DNA of 64,000 nt from Zygnema circumcarinatum SAG 698-1b (taxonomy: Eukaryota > Plantae > Zygnematophyceae): contig CM074816.1 in assembly GCA_037447605.1 (NCBI GenBank), positions 1,702,525-1,766,524 on the forward strand. Reading direction: 5' to 3'. The translations under genes and the position numbers were made by a program. Numbering within the stretch: position 1 is the stretch's first letter; each line of letters begins with the position of its first letter. The notes under the pieces are model-generated. The model saw only the letters and a list, made by a program, of their open reading frames with translations. It did not search any database and had not been told where the DNA came from. Below are positions 41,474-54,595 of the stretch, in pieces.

Positions 41474-44400
41474 ATGGCGCTGAAGAACAGGGTGCATGAG
41501 GTGCCCTGTCTCTCTGCCATCCTTCTCCTTCTTCTCGCATGCTTCTCTTCGCCAAGCGAGGCTCTTTATGGCGAAAACTCCGACGTCCTTCTGTTGGATC
41601 CAAGCAACTTTCTGGAAGCGGTAAGCTTTATGGTTCTCTTCTCTTTCTCTCTGTCTCTCTCTCTGTCTCTCTCTCTGTCTCTCTCTCCCTCTGTCTCGCT
41701 GTCTCTCTGTCTCTCTCTCGCTGTCTCTGACTGTCTCTTTCTTTCTCTTCGTGCTCTCCTCTCCATTTCTTCCGCTCCGCTTCTTTTCCGTCCCACTCCC
41801 TCCTCCTCGACCCTCTCCCTCCCTCCCTCTCTCCCTTCCTCCTTCGCTCTTGTTCACTATTTCTTTTCCTCCCCCCCCCACTTTCAACTGCACGTTCCCA
41901 TCCCTTTCTTGTGCCCACACGTTCTCCGTCCTCTTCTCCGCCCTATTTTCCCTCCTCCCGCTCCTCTCACTTTATTTTCAAGCGTTGCAGTTCAATCGCT
42001 TTTTTGGAGTCCGTGCATTGAAAGTCTCAAACTTAGTTTGCAATGTTTGCATTGTAAAGAGTATATAACACGAGTTGGAACATAACAACAACACAATATG
42101 AACATGCATAGTGTAACAACATAAAACCCTACCGTTTGTATTACGTGGACGCTCTGCAGATTGAGGAAGACTCCGTAGTTTTGGTCGAGTTCTTTGCTCC
42201 TTGGTGCGGCCATTGCAAGAGTTTGGTACCGGTGTGGGAGAAGGCGGCGGCTGCCCTCAGGGGTGTGGCTGTAGTGGCGGCTGTGGACGCAGACGCAGCG
42301 CCATCCTTAGCGCAAGTGTGCCTCTTTTCACCTTCTGTGCCTGCGTCCTTGCCTTCATACCGTCATGTTTTGCCTTGCTTTCAAGAAAAAAAAAAAAAAG
42401 GGAAACATGGTTCTTCATTGTTTTTTTCCATATTTTTTTCGCATTTTGTTTGAGGCCCACCAGTTCTTTTGTTTATTTAAGTGTCTGCCTAAATAAATTG
42501 AATGTGGCAATTTGTAAGATGGCTTGTTGTTTTTTTACTGTAGCGTCTTTCGTATTGTTCGTTTCCGCTGGTTAACCATATTTGGTTGGTTCTTGGGAGC
42601 GCAGGAGTATGGTGTGCAGGGGTTCCCAACCATCAAAGCGTTTCTCGCCAACAAGAAGAACCCGATAGAGTACAACGGCGCACGAGATCTGAAGTCGATC
42701 ACCGACTTTGCTCTCAAGCAGGTGAATAGCAAGGAGGGGGTCAGAGGGGGAGGGGGAGGGGGGGGGGTTGTAACAGAGAGGGGTGAGAGTTAGAGGGGGT
42801 GAGAGAGAGAGAGCGGTGGTGAGAGAGAGGAGAGTGGGGGTGAGAGAGGGAAAGAGAGTGGGGGTGAGAGAGGGAAAGAGAGGGGGTGTGTGAGAGAGAG
42901 AGGGAGAGGTGAAGGAGAAACTTCTTGAACGAGAACGAAAGTGCACAGATTATGCTGGGTTTCCGTGATATTTTTTTGGTTCCTCCAACTCATAATTTGT
43001 CTGCAATCGAATCCAGTGATCGGGAGTTGCCTTCCCCCTATTCCCTGCCTCTCTCGAAACTCACCTAAACTTAGACGGAAACTTGAAATTAGTTACCCTA
43101 TCAACAAAACACAAGATTTTTCAGTAATTATTTTGATGTCTTCTACAAACACATACTGTATGTACAATTGTAGCATGTGGACTGAAGTGTTTTAAGTATG
43201 CCGCCATGCGTACATGATGTCTACTCTCAATTACTCTCATGTTCTATTCAGATATTCTTCATGCATTGCGTGTACAGGTGAAGGCATTAGTCAGTGCGAG
43301 AATTTCGGGTACACCAGGAGGGCGCAAGACAGAGGGCGGAGGTGGAAAGGCCGGGGAAAGCAATTCAGTGGAGTTGACTTCAGATAACTTTGAGGAGCAG
43401 GTCCTGGCGAGCAATGAGTTGTGGTTGGTGGAGTTCTTCGCTCCGTGGTGAGTATGATATGGATTACCACCATTCGCTTCTCTCCCTCTCTCTATTTATC
43501 TCTCTCACTCTCGCTCGCTCACTCTCTCTATACCTCATCGATCCATTGCCTGTGTCTGTTTCTCCATTTCTCACCCGTACTTGCTCTCCCTCATCGCTTT
43601 CTTCTCCTTTCACATTTTCTCTTTTTCAACTTCTCACAGTCTCACCTCGCCCGCTCACCTCCTCGCAGCCTCCCCCTTCTCTATCGTTTCTCTCCCATTT
43701 TTGGGGTACCGTGTGAAAGATATGTACGAGTTCTTTAAGGAAAAGTAAAGAGCAAGGAAAAAGATTAATGAGGAGAATTGGCACGAAGAAGATTCAGAGG
43801 ATTCACTGGTTTCGAGCTTGTCTTCATGATTATTTCCCCCCGTTCCATCCCCGCCTTTGTCATATTCCCATTGTTGCTCAATTCTATTTATTCTTTTCTT
43901 CTTCCTCTCCCTCTTCCTTCCCCTCCCCCCTCTTCCCTCCATTTTTTTTCGTAGGTGTGGGCACTGCAAGAAACTGGCACCTGAGTGGAAGCAGGCAGCG
44001 AAATCCTTGAAAGGAAAAGTCAACCTCGGGCAGGTGGATTGCACAGCAGACGAGGTGAGTGGGAGCTCATTCCAATGCCAACGAGGTTTTCATTCTGACA
44101 GCACTTTCCCCATTGCCATCGATTTCATCACTAAGGTCTTACCTCCGTCAGCAGTATTTGGATTTTCACTACGCCACTCAATCTACTCGCATTCATTCAC
44201 CTGTGTCCATCTATGTGTTTGCAACGATTTCAATCAAGCCTATCTCCTCGACTTTTATTGACGATGCTTTCGTTTTCGTAGATACTTTCTCTCTCATCTA
44301 TCTCTCGCACATCTCTCCTTGATTTCCCACTTTTCTCATCGATATCTCTCTCATAGATACCTCTCTCTTCTCTCTCATCACTCTCATCGATATCTCTCCC

Positions 44401-46236
44401 ATCGATACATCTCTGATCTCCCACTTGATGCACCTCTCATCTCACTCACCGGTACATCTCTCATCGATATCTCATCTCTCTTATCGATACATCTCTTGTC
44501 CATCTCCTCTAAATCTCTCCTGTCCATGCATACGCACCCTGCAGAGCCTCTGCAGCAGCCATAATGTGAAGGGCTACCCCACCATTCTCGTCTTTGGTGC
44601 GGACAAGAGCAAGCCCACCCCATATGAGGGAGCGAGGACTGCCGGAGCCATCGAAAGTTTCGCACTCGAAACTCTGCAGTCAAATATGCCCTCCCCGGAT
44701 GTGCACGAGATTACCAGTCCGGTAAGAATGGGAGTGTGTGGGAGAGAACGAGATGTCCTGTGGGGAAGGGGGAAAGGGGGGGGGGGGGGGGGGGGGGGGG
44801 NNNNNNNNNNAGCTGGGAGAGGAGGGGGTGGGAAGGGAGGAGAGGTAGAGAAGAGAGGGGCAGGGGTAGGGGTGCGGGGTCGGAGCAGAGGTGGGAGCCC
44901 AGGGCGGGAGCGGAAGTGGAAGGAAGGGGAAATAGGACTAGGATTGTGAGTGGGTTTAGGAGTGGGAGTCGGAGTGGGAGTGGCAGTGGGGGTTGGGGTT
45001 TGCATACAATGACCAGGAAATAAGTGATTATAGGAGTATGAAACGAGTAAAAGAAAGAAGCAGTTTGTGGAGGTACAAGAGAATGGGTCAGGAGAGAATG
45101 GAGAATGAAGAGAGAAATGAAAATACTAGTGGCGAAATGAATCCGTTTGAAATGAGGAGAGTGGAGGAGGGGGAATCAGAGGGCGAGAAAAGGCTGAGGA
45201 CAGCAATGTAGGTGGAGGGGCATCTCTTCCTTTCCTGTCTGGTTTATTCATTTTTGTAGTATGTGAGGTAGATATTAAAATGGTTGTGTTTTCTCTCCCT
45301 CCCTTGTTCCGTCCAGGAGGTCTTTGCGAAGCGTTGCTCTCAGGCTACGATCTGCTTTGTGGCCATACTTCCGGACATTCTCGATACCGGAGCCAGTGGC
45401 CGAAACCAGTACCTTGACTTGCTCAAAACTGTGGGAGAGAAGCACAAGAAGTACGGTTACAGGTAATGGACGAATTTGAGGGTTGCACCTTCTCTCTCTC
45501 TCTCGCGCTCTCTCGAGCTCGCTCTCCCTCTCCAACTACCTCTCCGTCTGCCTATCCCTCTCCCACTCCCTCTGCCTCTGCCTCTCCCTTTGCCTCTCGC
45601 TCTCCCTCTTCCCCTCCTTCTCCCCCTTCTTCTTCCCTTCCCCTTCCCCTTCCCCCTCCCCCTCCCCCTCCCTCTCCCTCTCCCCCTCCATCTCCCCGTC
45701 CATCTTCCCCTCCCTCCCTCCCCCCCTGCCCCTCCCCCTCCCCCTTCCTCCCCCTCCCTCTCGCCTTTCCTCACGGTGCTGTTTATCTCTGCTGTGGACA
45801 GCTACGTTTGGGCTCCCGCCGGTGCCCAGCCAGAGCTTGAGAAGGTGCTGGGCATGGGCGGCTACGGCTATCCTGCTCTGGTCGCCCTCAACGTCAAGAA
45901 GGCGGTGTACGCGCCTTTCAAGAGCTCCTTCCAGATCGAGCATCTCAGGTGAGACCAGGCAGAATTTTCCCTTTTCTTCCTTTCTCCCTCCCTCCCTCCC
46001 TCCTATTTCTATGGTCACTCGCCCTCTTACTTCTTCTTCTTATTCTTTCTGAGTGCAGCGACTTCATCCTGACAGTCTCGGCTGTCAGTGCCCGCGGGAC
46101 CGTCCCATTGGAGGGTGAGATCAAGGTCGTTTCCGCCGAGCCGTGGGACGGTCTCGACGGGCAGCTCCCTGTGGAGGAGGAGTTCAGCCTCGACGACCTC
46201 ATGGGGGAGGACACCCGCTCTGCGGATGAGTTGTGA
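41474..46236 (+). CDS. PDIL2: Protein disulfide-isomerase, PDIA6/P5 type (PDIL2-2/2-3-like)
   Basis: Exons 41474-41620, 42160-42315, 42605-42721, 43278-43447, 43955-44054, 44545-44721, 45317-45462, 45802-45948 and 46059-46236 join in frame (445 aa). Signal-peptide-like N-terminus, two WCGHCK active sites, GYGYPAL motif, acidic tail ending ADEL. Confidence 0.95.
44270..44520. repeat. Intronic CT-rich minisatellite with ATCGAT/GATATC palindromic cores
   Basis: Recurrent CTCTCATCGATA(T/C)(C/A)TCTC units in PDI intron 5. Confidence 0.65.
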
Positions 46237-47561
46237 CTTTATGGAAGATGAGAGACTAGCTCGAAAGATGGTATGTGACTTTATGGAGGTTGATAGCGGC
46301 TCTGAAACGAAGTCGACTTCGTGGAGGTTAACTCTAAAGGGGGAATCGTGAGTTAACGAGGAGAAGAGTGGCTCTTTTGATGAGTAGTGACTAAGGACGA
46401 GAGCGGTTCTAGAGGGGAATTGTGACTTTAACATCGGAAGGGGCGATATGGGAGAGAGAGCGAGAGATAGCGAGAGAGCGATGGAGAGAGAGAGGCGGTG
46501 TCGGATACACATTGCACGCATGTCTTTTTAGGGTTCGTCGGGGTTTCAGTGTATGTAGGGTGGTCGTATTGCGAGAGTTCGCAAGGCGATATTTTGGTCG
46601 GACTTAAAGCGAAAATCCACTAAAAACCTAGAACACTGAAAATTGCAAACTCCACAAAATGGAACTTCCTTTTGGTTACTCATACATAGTGGTTTTTTTT
46701 TTTTTTGTTCCTTTTAAGCAATTCATATTTTTCATTTTGTGGTTTTACTTGAGATGATGGTCACAAAATGGCCCCTCCTTTTTCCGACGCAAGCACAAAA
46801 CATATGCCATTCAGACTTATAAGGTAGCATCTCCCGACAATCACAAATACAATCACTCAAAGTCAGAAGCAGACTGAAATGTCCGACAGATTAGACGAAA
46901 AATGTCAAATCTCACAATCTCATCTCACATATTATGGCGAGCAAACAAAGGCAGCCAAATCATGGAGATATTTAAAGCTGATAGGGCTTACAAGACAAAC
47001 CGTCCCGTTTGAAGAAAGACAAAACTGGGGAGCAACCGCTTTCCAATGAATAATGTTCACCGGCGAAAAAGGAACAAAACAAATCAAAAGAACTTCTACA
47101 AAGAATGAGAAGGTGAGATGGGGGGGAGGGAGGACTCTCCAGCAACACTTCTTGCAGATGTCCAAACGCCACTACGTTGCGTGAAGGAGGAGGAGTTCAA
47201 CAGTAGAACCTCAACCTCTTCCACACCACTTCCCTTTCGAACTATCTGCTCCGCAGATTACGGTGCGCCCTAGTAAATCTACGTACAATGTTACAAAAAT
47301 GCTTACAAAGTGAAGTAGTGTATGCATAGGTGCCTCTTATGGACTCGGTTTCCCGGGGAAAACCAGGCAATGATATCTCAGTTTGTTTTACAACAAACAA
47401 GAGAGGTATACCCAACTCAGTGCTCTCTCTTCTTTAGGAATGAAGCGGAGCATACTCTCTCTCTCCCTCTCTCCTCTATCTTCTCTACACTCCCGCTCCC
47501 TCTCTCCGTCACTCTCTCTCGCCCTGCAGTGACCTAGTCTTGCGTGTCTTGTCTAGCGTAC

Positions 47562-50408
47562 TCAGTATCCCCTCCGAGACGCCGGCACTGGGGCAGTAAC
47601 GCCTGCGGGAGAGTCCATAGAAAACCTTCGATCAAGGAGGAAGTTTTCTTCACCCGCGTTTGAGGTTTGCGTGATCAGGGGAGGAGAGTCCGTCACATCT
47701 TTCGTCATAAGAAGAGCCATCGCCCGATCGAGCATGTCCGAAGATTCTTCATCGGAAGCGTAGAGGATCTTCTTGATGGCCAAAGAAAGCTGAAAGTGAG
47801 CAAGGAGAAACTGGTTAGACCGAGCATATGAAGGTTCGATAGGCGTCAATTGTTTCCAAGATGTTCGACAGCCTGATGGAAGGAGATAGAAAAAGTGAAG
47901 AAAAAGAGAGGGGGAGAGAGATGGGGAACGGGAGAGAACGAAAGAGAGAAACAGAGAGGGAGGGGGGAGAGGCTTACGAGGAGAGAGAGAGGGAGGGAGA
48001 GAGGGGAACTGAGGTAGAGGGGGAGGGGGGGCGAAAGAGGAGGAAAGGGAGAGGGAAATAGAGGGAGAGAGGGTGGGAGAGAGAACGGCGGGGGGAGGGA
48101 GGGGGAGCTGAGAGGGGAAGAGTAATGGAACAGGACAAGGGAGGATCAGAATAGGAAACAAATTGTGAAAGGGATAGTGGAACGGATAGGGGACGAGGGT
48201 GGGAGATAGTGGGAGGAGGAAATAGGGACTGAAAACCAACCGGACTTTTGGACACATCAGCTGCTTGGCATATTAGCTCTATTTTCTGCAATTTGTCAAA
48301 ATAGAAGTCGCGCTCCGTCATTACTTCTTTGGCGGTAAGCTTCAGACCTGTGACCTGGTCAGAGGAAGCATTGAGTTTAATGTAAGAATTCAAAATTGAA
48401 ATCTCCTCGGCTTACCGCTCAGTCAGAATCTTCATGTCCTCCACAATTGCAACTTTCAAAATTACAACCAACGAAAGTACAAAGACGACTTAGCATTTAG
48501 TGTGAATTTGCGACGGGCAAACAGGGACATCAATAAGAAAAGGGGGCCACCATCTCTAAGGCTCACCTCCTGTGAAAGTTCCTCAATTCTCTGGTCTTGT
48601 TGAGGTGAGGACGACTGCTGCCAGTTGTGGTTAGTCAAAGGCTGCTTGGACACACCCATCTTCTTGACTGAACGCACAACCAATAAATGAGATATTCAGT
48701 CAGTGTTAGAAGTGCGAAGAACACAGTACAAACGTAGCTAACCACAATGAAGTAATTCAACTAAAAAAAAAATCCCTCGAACAATACCTGGAACCGCAGC
48801 AACTCGAAGAGGAGAAGGCCCCAGTTTTGTAGCAGTATTGGTGGGAGGGGAAGTTTTTTTGGGTCCTAGCTGTGCTTGCGACTGCGGTGCCTGCCCCCTT
48901 GCCTTCTTTGTTGCAATCTTTCCACCCTTAGACAGTTCACGCCTTTCAACTGGACTGTACCTGCAAAGGTTTTCAGGCCAAAAAAACGTTCTCATTAGGG
49001 GGACTCAATCCTAGAAAAAAAACCATAAAAAGCGACATCGAAATCTGTACTGCATCTCAATGAAGATCAGTCGCATAAACAGTACGGATTCTGATTTCAA
49101 ATACGTAACACAACAGTTAAGGTTGAAACTTCCTATTACTTGGAACGTCATTAATCAAGAACAAAGATGCATAAGCTGATCAATTAGGGCGACAGACAGG
49201 AAAAAATAGAGGGTTTCAGATTCAGATTTCAAATGCGCAGAAGGCAAGTTCCATGAATGCCGCACTTCTGCAACTTACGAGCCATAGTCGCCATTATTTA
49301 CAGAGTCACAATAACGCTTTAGCCACTGCAGGAATTCCAAATTGTCGAGAGGTCTTCCCTTCACCAACTTGTTCACTTCAATGTGCTGCGCGACGGGAGC
49401 AGGAAGGCATGGAAACTCGGACATTGGTTACTGAGATCTTAACTGCTTTGCCAGCGGTTCTTTAACAAAACATGTTTTCAGTTTGAAGGTGACAACAGCA
49501 GTACCAGCAGAGTGTGCATCCCTCTTCACACTGCAGCATCCTTCAAAATTCCCTCCCTTCTGCCAGCTCTCCCTCTCGCTCTCTCTCTCTCTGGAAAGCA
49601 ACAAGCTCTTACAACAGTACATGTCGAAGGCACGGCTTGTAAAGTCAATGCACCCCTGTACAGCCAGGCTCACCTTTGAAATTCCAATTTTGTCGAAGGC
49701 ATCCTGCAGGAGCTTATAGTTCTGTATCATCTCGTATTCATTCTTGGCGTCAAACTGGACCTGCATGGTACAGTAGGAACGTTGCTGTCTTTCAGATCTA
49801 GAGGCAAAACAGATTCTCAGTGCATACGACTTCATAACAAAACTATGGCATGCGACAGCGCATGTCAGTCAAGAAATTATCCTTCCAAATCTCACTTAAC
49901 ATTGGGTAATGTAAGGAAGAATTTCTGCATACATTATATGGTGAACAACATGCCATGGAGAAAAGATGATAATCACCTTGTGCATTGGAACAAAGCCAGG
50001 ATGCGTTGCATCAATCAGCTGACATGGAATCGCTCCGCTTGCAGCCTGCAAATATCGCAGTACGTCAGGTTACGGGAGTTTGCACATTGATGATTCCGGA
50101 ATGGGGATACAACCAAACTCCTACTGCTTCATTCCAGATGTCCCTAACCAAAGATATTATTGAGATTGCGTTATTATCCTAGCAAAGAATCAACGGAATC
50201 ACAGGAACAGGTTTCTTTGGGAACTTCCCAAAATGATCGACAAAACAAGGAGCAAGCAGATTGACGAGCAGGGTTGATGTCCTGAAGGACCCTCATCGCT
50301 TACTTCTTCCACTTTAACAACGTTCAATTGCAGAGTCTGATTGATCCAGGAGAAAATGTCCGTCCTGGATACAAAATACGCTCCATCCATATTACCAATC
50401 GACGCCAT
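47562..50408 (-). CDS. EB1: Microtubule end-binding protein EB1 (RP/EB family)
   Basis: Exons 50408-50304, 50045-49977, 49760-49674, 49385-49279, 48960-48788, 48667-48567, 48354-48241 and 47789-47562 join in frame (327 aa). CH domain ([48 protein letters not shown]) and EBH domain ([16 protein letters not shown]). Confidence 0.95.
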
Positions 50409-50763
50409 ATTGTTCGAAACTGCCACTCAAAAACAGGTGCCCAGCACCACGGCTTTCTCCGTTTCCTCCTTTCTACACCTTTTATTTCCTGAAGAAGCCA
50501 CAGAAATCCTTCTAGCAGCTTTCAAGACTCAAAGAACCTCCACTAGATACTTGCAAATCGGTACCAAAACGAACTTCCTTCGTCACAAAAGGAAGAATCT
50601 AATGCTCTCCGCGCTTAAAAATGCCGCACAATATTCAATAATTGCACCAACTTCTGCTTTCAAGAAGATCAATTAACCGTCAAATATGAGCCTCTCCTGC
50701 TTCCTGCTGGAGCTCTTGCAAGGCCAGCCCTGGCTTCAAGTACCAAAGAAAACCAGGCCTCCT

Positions 50764-50915
50764 CCCAACGGTCATTTCTTGCTTCAAGTTTGACTTCCAA
50801 GGCTCTCCTGTAATCGCAGCCGTCGATTTCACCGTTCGAACGGCTTAGATTTTCCTGCAGGTCCACTGTCCATTCAAACTCATCTGAACCGTCGATTCGT
50901 TCGATCGGACGGTCA
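50764..50915. promoter_or_regulatory. Cluster of MSA-like (AACGG) elements upstream of EB1
   Basis: CCCAACGGTCA at 50764-50774 fits the MSA consensus YCYAACGGYYA exactly. Further AACGG/GACGG cores lie on both strands at about 50818-50850 and 50887-50915. Confidence 0.5.
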
Positions 50916-51381
50916 ATGATGAGCCACAAACTTGCTTCGATTTCTCTATCCTGTCAAATTTTTTTAGGTCGTTTGATGTTTTTTAAGGAAAACAAAAACA
51001 AGAAAAGACCAGGATTTGCCTAAGATTGTAACATCTTCACGAGAAAATTCGAGGCCTAAAGGTTTTTTTTTTAATTTGGGAATCTGGCCGTTGCTCGGAA
51101 AAGAAGTCCGTACAATCGACTGTATGAAAGGTAGGCGCACATAGAAACTTACGATACCGTACGATTTCGGAAAAAAGGCACAGCACAGAAGGCGTACGGA
51201 CGTAGATGAGACAGCCGATACTGTACTGTAGTGTACAGTAAGACTTCATCCGTGCTAATGCCACTGCTCATTTTGTACGGCAATATCAACTTGACATGTG
51301 GACCAATCACAGACCGTCACGTGTCACCATCGTTGACAGTTCAATGGTTATGCGAAAATGATTTTGATATTTAAAAAAGGA

Positions 51382-51961
51382 GGAAAACTATATACCCCCC
51401 CCCCCCCCCCCCNNNNNNNNNNGGAAAACTATATACCCCCCCCCCCCCCCCTTTGGTTATCCCGCCCCTGTTTTTTTGAAATCCCACTCTCCCATTTTGG
51501 CTATTCCGCCCCCTCCCATGTTGGCTACCCCCCCCGTTCTGGATATTTCGGGAGGAGATTCTGCTCATTCTCTCTCGCTCCTCTGCTCTCCTCTAGTCTC
51601 TCTCTCCTCTGCTCTCACTCCTCTGCGCTCTCTCTCTCTCCTCTATACTCTCTCTCCTCGGCTCTCACTTCTCTGCTCTCTCTCTCCGCTTCTCGCTCCT
51701 CTGCTCTCCTCTAGTCTCTCTCCTCTGCTCTCTCTCCTCTGCTCATTCTCTCTCTCTCCCTCTCTTCTATACCCTGCTCTCTCTTTGCGAATGTCTTTAC
51801 GGACGTTGCGCTGATGTGTGAGAACGAGAAAACAAGGGGGGAATGTCCAAAGTAGGAGGCGGGATATCCCAAAATGGGAGGGGCGGAATAGACAAAATGG
51901 GAGAGTGGGATTTCAAAAGCGGGATAACCAAAAACGGGGGGGGGGGGGTATATAGTTCTCC
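51382..51961. mobile_element. MULE-related MITE of the same family as the 29975-36710 element
   Basis: TIRs GGAAAACTATATACCCC... / ...GGGGTATATAGTTCTCC with shared subterminal CCCATTTTGGCTATTCCGCC motifs. 51770-51830 is the reverse complement of 30100-30165 (CAACGTCCGTAAAGAC). The left end is duplicated across an N gap and no TSD is visible. Confidence 0.75.
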
Positions 51962-52506
51962 AAAACTCTTTTTCTGAAATCTGAAAGGTCCAGAAATGAA
52001 ACTCAGCGAAAAGAAATATATTATTTGCTTCACTGACCAATGAGAGACGGCTTCACATTCTTTTTTTCTTTTTTCCTCACAACAGTGACCGACAGAAACT
52101 GCTCAGTCGACTCCTCTTTTCTTTCCTTTTTTTTCTTTAAGAAAAAAAAAAAGTTACAAAATAGGGAGTGCCATAGACAGTCTCTAAACACTACTACGCA
52201 TTTGAGACGATCCAGAAATAAATAATTGGAGTTCCATGCACAAATTTGTGATCAGTTACAGTACAATGGCAGATGTAACAAACCACAAACTCGGTTTTTC
52301 GTCACAAACCTGATTTGTTCCGTTTCTAGGGTTTGCAAGAATACTGGAACTGACGCCAACTGACATAGAAAGGCTCTACCTATATAGAGCCACGCTACAC
52401 GTCAAAAACTTCAACTGTAACTGTAACTGTAACTGATTGTACACGGAGAGGCGAGAGGAGCCGTTGAACGGAATCACGGTAACAGCGAGCATGGAAACGC
52501 CCCTGC

Positions 52507-54249
52507 TTAGAAGGCCGCCCAGCCGGCTGCTGTGGACGGCCCATTAGAGCTTCCACCGTTCGGTTTGCTGCCGGGAAAAGATGCCGCCGCCTGCAGAGTC
52601 AACAATGAAATTAAAAAAAAAAAATGAAAAAATAATGACAAAAATAAACATGAAAGTAAAACTAAACAAAAACTCAATCAAATATATGAATGATGTAATA
52701 ATTAATATAATAAGTCATGACTGAAGCCATCCATCATGCCATCATGCCATCATCATGCCATCATCATGGCTCACCTCCAACTGCGACATATCCTGAAAGG
52801 GGTCCTTGGAGGCTCTCCCTCCACTCCCACTGCTCCCTCCCGGACTGCTCCCTGCTCTCCCTCTCGCCGTCTCGCTCTGAGGGGGAGGGAGAGGCTGCCG
52901 GAGGCGCATGCCTCCCGGAGGAGGAGCGAGAAGGGCCTTCATGGCGCCCACGGCAGCCATGGACGCACCTCCAGAGGCGCTGCTCGTACTTAGTTTTTTC
53001 GCCCCGGTGCCCGAGGTCACAAGCTTGGACCTCATATTGATTCGGATGGTTTCGCCTTCCTGCATTCATAGTGCGAGGGAGAGAGGGAGAGAGGGAGGAA
53101 GTGGGGGAGGGGAAGGAGTCCAGAGAGGGGAGGGAGGGAGGGAGGGAGGGAGGGAGGGAGGGAGGGAGGGTTAGAATATGTTTCTTGGATTAAATACAAG
53201 GATGGATGTATTTGGAATAAGGATTATGTTCAATTCTATGAACTAAATTTTGTGACAACATGGCAGTTGAGGAGCCGTAATGCAATGCGAAGAGTGTCTA
53301 CTGAAGGATGCAGAGGGAGGAGTTCAACAGACAAGAAGTGACTCGAGGACTTGAGTTCGACCCCTATTTCCTCTCCCCCTCACTCTCTCGATCAATAAAT
53401 CTCCAAATTCTGGTGACAAAATTCTTTTTCCTCCAAGTTCTCGGAGAAAAAGAAAAAGAAGATAGCAGCTGTACAATCCAAGCGGTTTCAAGGTTCAGAC
53501 CCTAGGCTCCCTTCACAGACATGAGAGGAAAGTGATAGCCAGTGGGCGAGAGCGAGAAAGGGGCGAGATTAGGGAGTAAGAGACCGCGAGATACAGAGAG
53601 AGAGACAGAGGAAAAAAAGAGAGCGAGAGGGAGAGAGAAAGAGAGAGAGAGCGAGAGTGAGAGAGAGAAAAGAAAGAGGGCATTGCAGTTTCCTCACCTT
53701 CAATCTCAAATCCACCCCTTCCGCTCCTCCTCCTCCTCCTCCTTCTCCTCCTCCTCCTCTCTCCCCACCCTCCCCTGCCCCTCCCTCCCTCTCCCTCTCC
53801 CTCTCCCTCTCCCTCTCCCTCTCCTTCTCACCCCGCGCATGCTTCTCATAGTCCGACAGCGCCACATTGAAGTCAAACGCCTCGCTCCTCTCCTGAAACC
53901 CTAACCCTAAAAACGCGTGCCGCCCGCCGCCATCCTCCACCCTCAGCACAAAATACCTTGAGCTGTCCGCCACGGCTTCCACCGCGCCCTCTCTCCTGCC
54001 CGCCGCCACTGGGCAGGCCGCGAAGAGCTCCCCCGAGCTCGCATCTTCCAGGCGGATCTCGCACGCCTCCTTCTTGGAGAGGAGGCGCAGGCGGCCCGTC
54101 CATATTTTGTCGGAGACGAGCCACTCTGCGCAGCGGTAGCCATGGGAGCTTGACGCGCGGGGGGGCACTTTGAAGGCAGAGACCTCGCGCACGATGAGGA
54201 GGGTGTGCTCCAGGGCCTCCTCCTCCTCGGGCTCGAAGGGGGAGGCCAT
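52507..54249 (-). CDS. NECAP: Adaptin ear-binding coat-associated protein (NECAP)
   Basis: Exons 54249-53698, 53059-52775 and 52590-52507 (306 aa). PHear domain (EVSAFKVPPR, WTGRLR, DSSRYFVLRVED, AFLGLGFQERSEAFDFNVAL), LRLK|EGETIRIN, DPF and C-terminal GWAAF (WxxF) motifs. Confidence 0.95.
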
Positions 54250-54256
54250 GGCGGGC

Positions 54257-54319
<63 letters not shown>

Positions 54320-54436
54320 GCGAAGGAATTTGGAAGTACCGTTTGGACAGAACTCCGCAGCAGCAAAGAGGAGCCAGTGAACCGGAAAAGAATTGTGGAC
54401 GGGTGACCTCCCGGGTTGGCGCACTCACCACTTATG

Positions 54437-54595
54437 TCTAGATACACACGTCTTTGGGAAATACACACACCTTTTTGTATGATACACACTTTTCTGGCGT
54501 GATGCACACTTTTTGGATAGATACACATTGTTTTGCTAGATACAAACCCTTTTCGGCTAGATGCACACGTTTTTTTGGCTAGATACATGAATACA
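54437..54595. repeat. About 22-bp minisatellite upstream of NECAP
   Basis: About seven imperfect TAGATACACAC(N)TTTTTGGC units. Confidence 0.65.

Noticed and set aside
48415-48456. AG...GTAAG-bounded 41-nt segment in an EB1 intron
   Set aside because: Inclusion introduces a stop and frameshift, and the flanking exons already join in frame.
51382-51440. Apparent tandem duplication of the MULE left TIR
   Set aside because: The two copies flank a 10-N gap after a poly-C run, a typical contig-overlap artefact.
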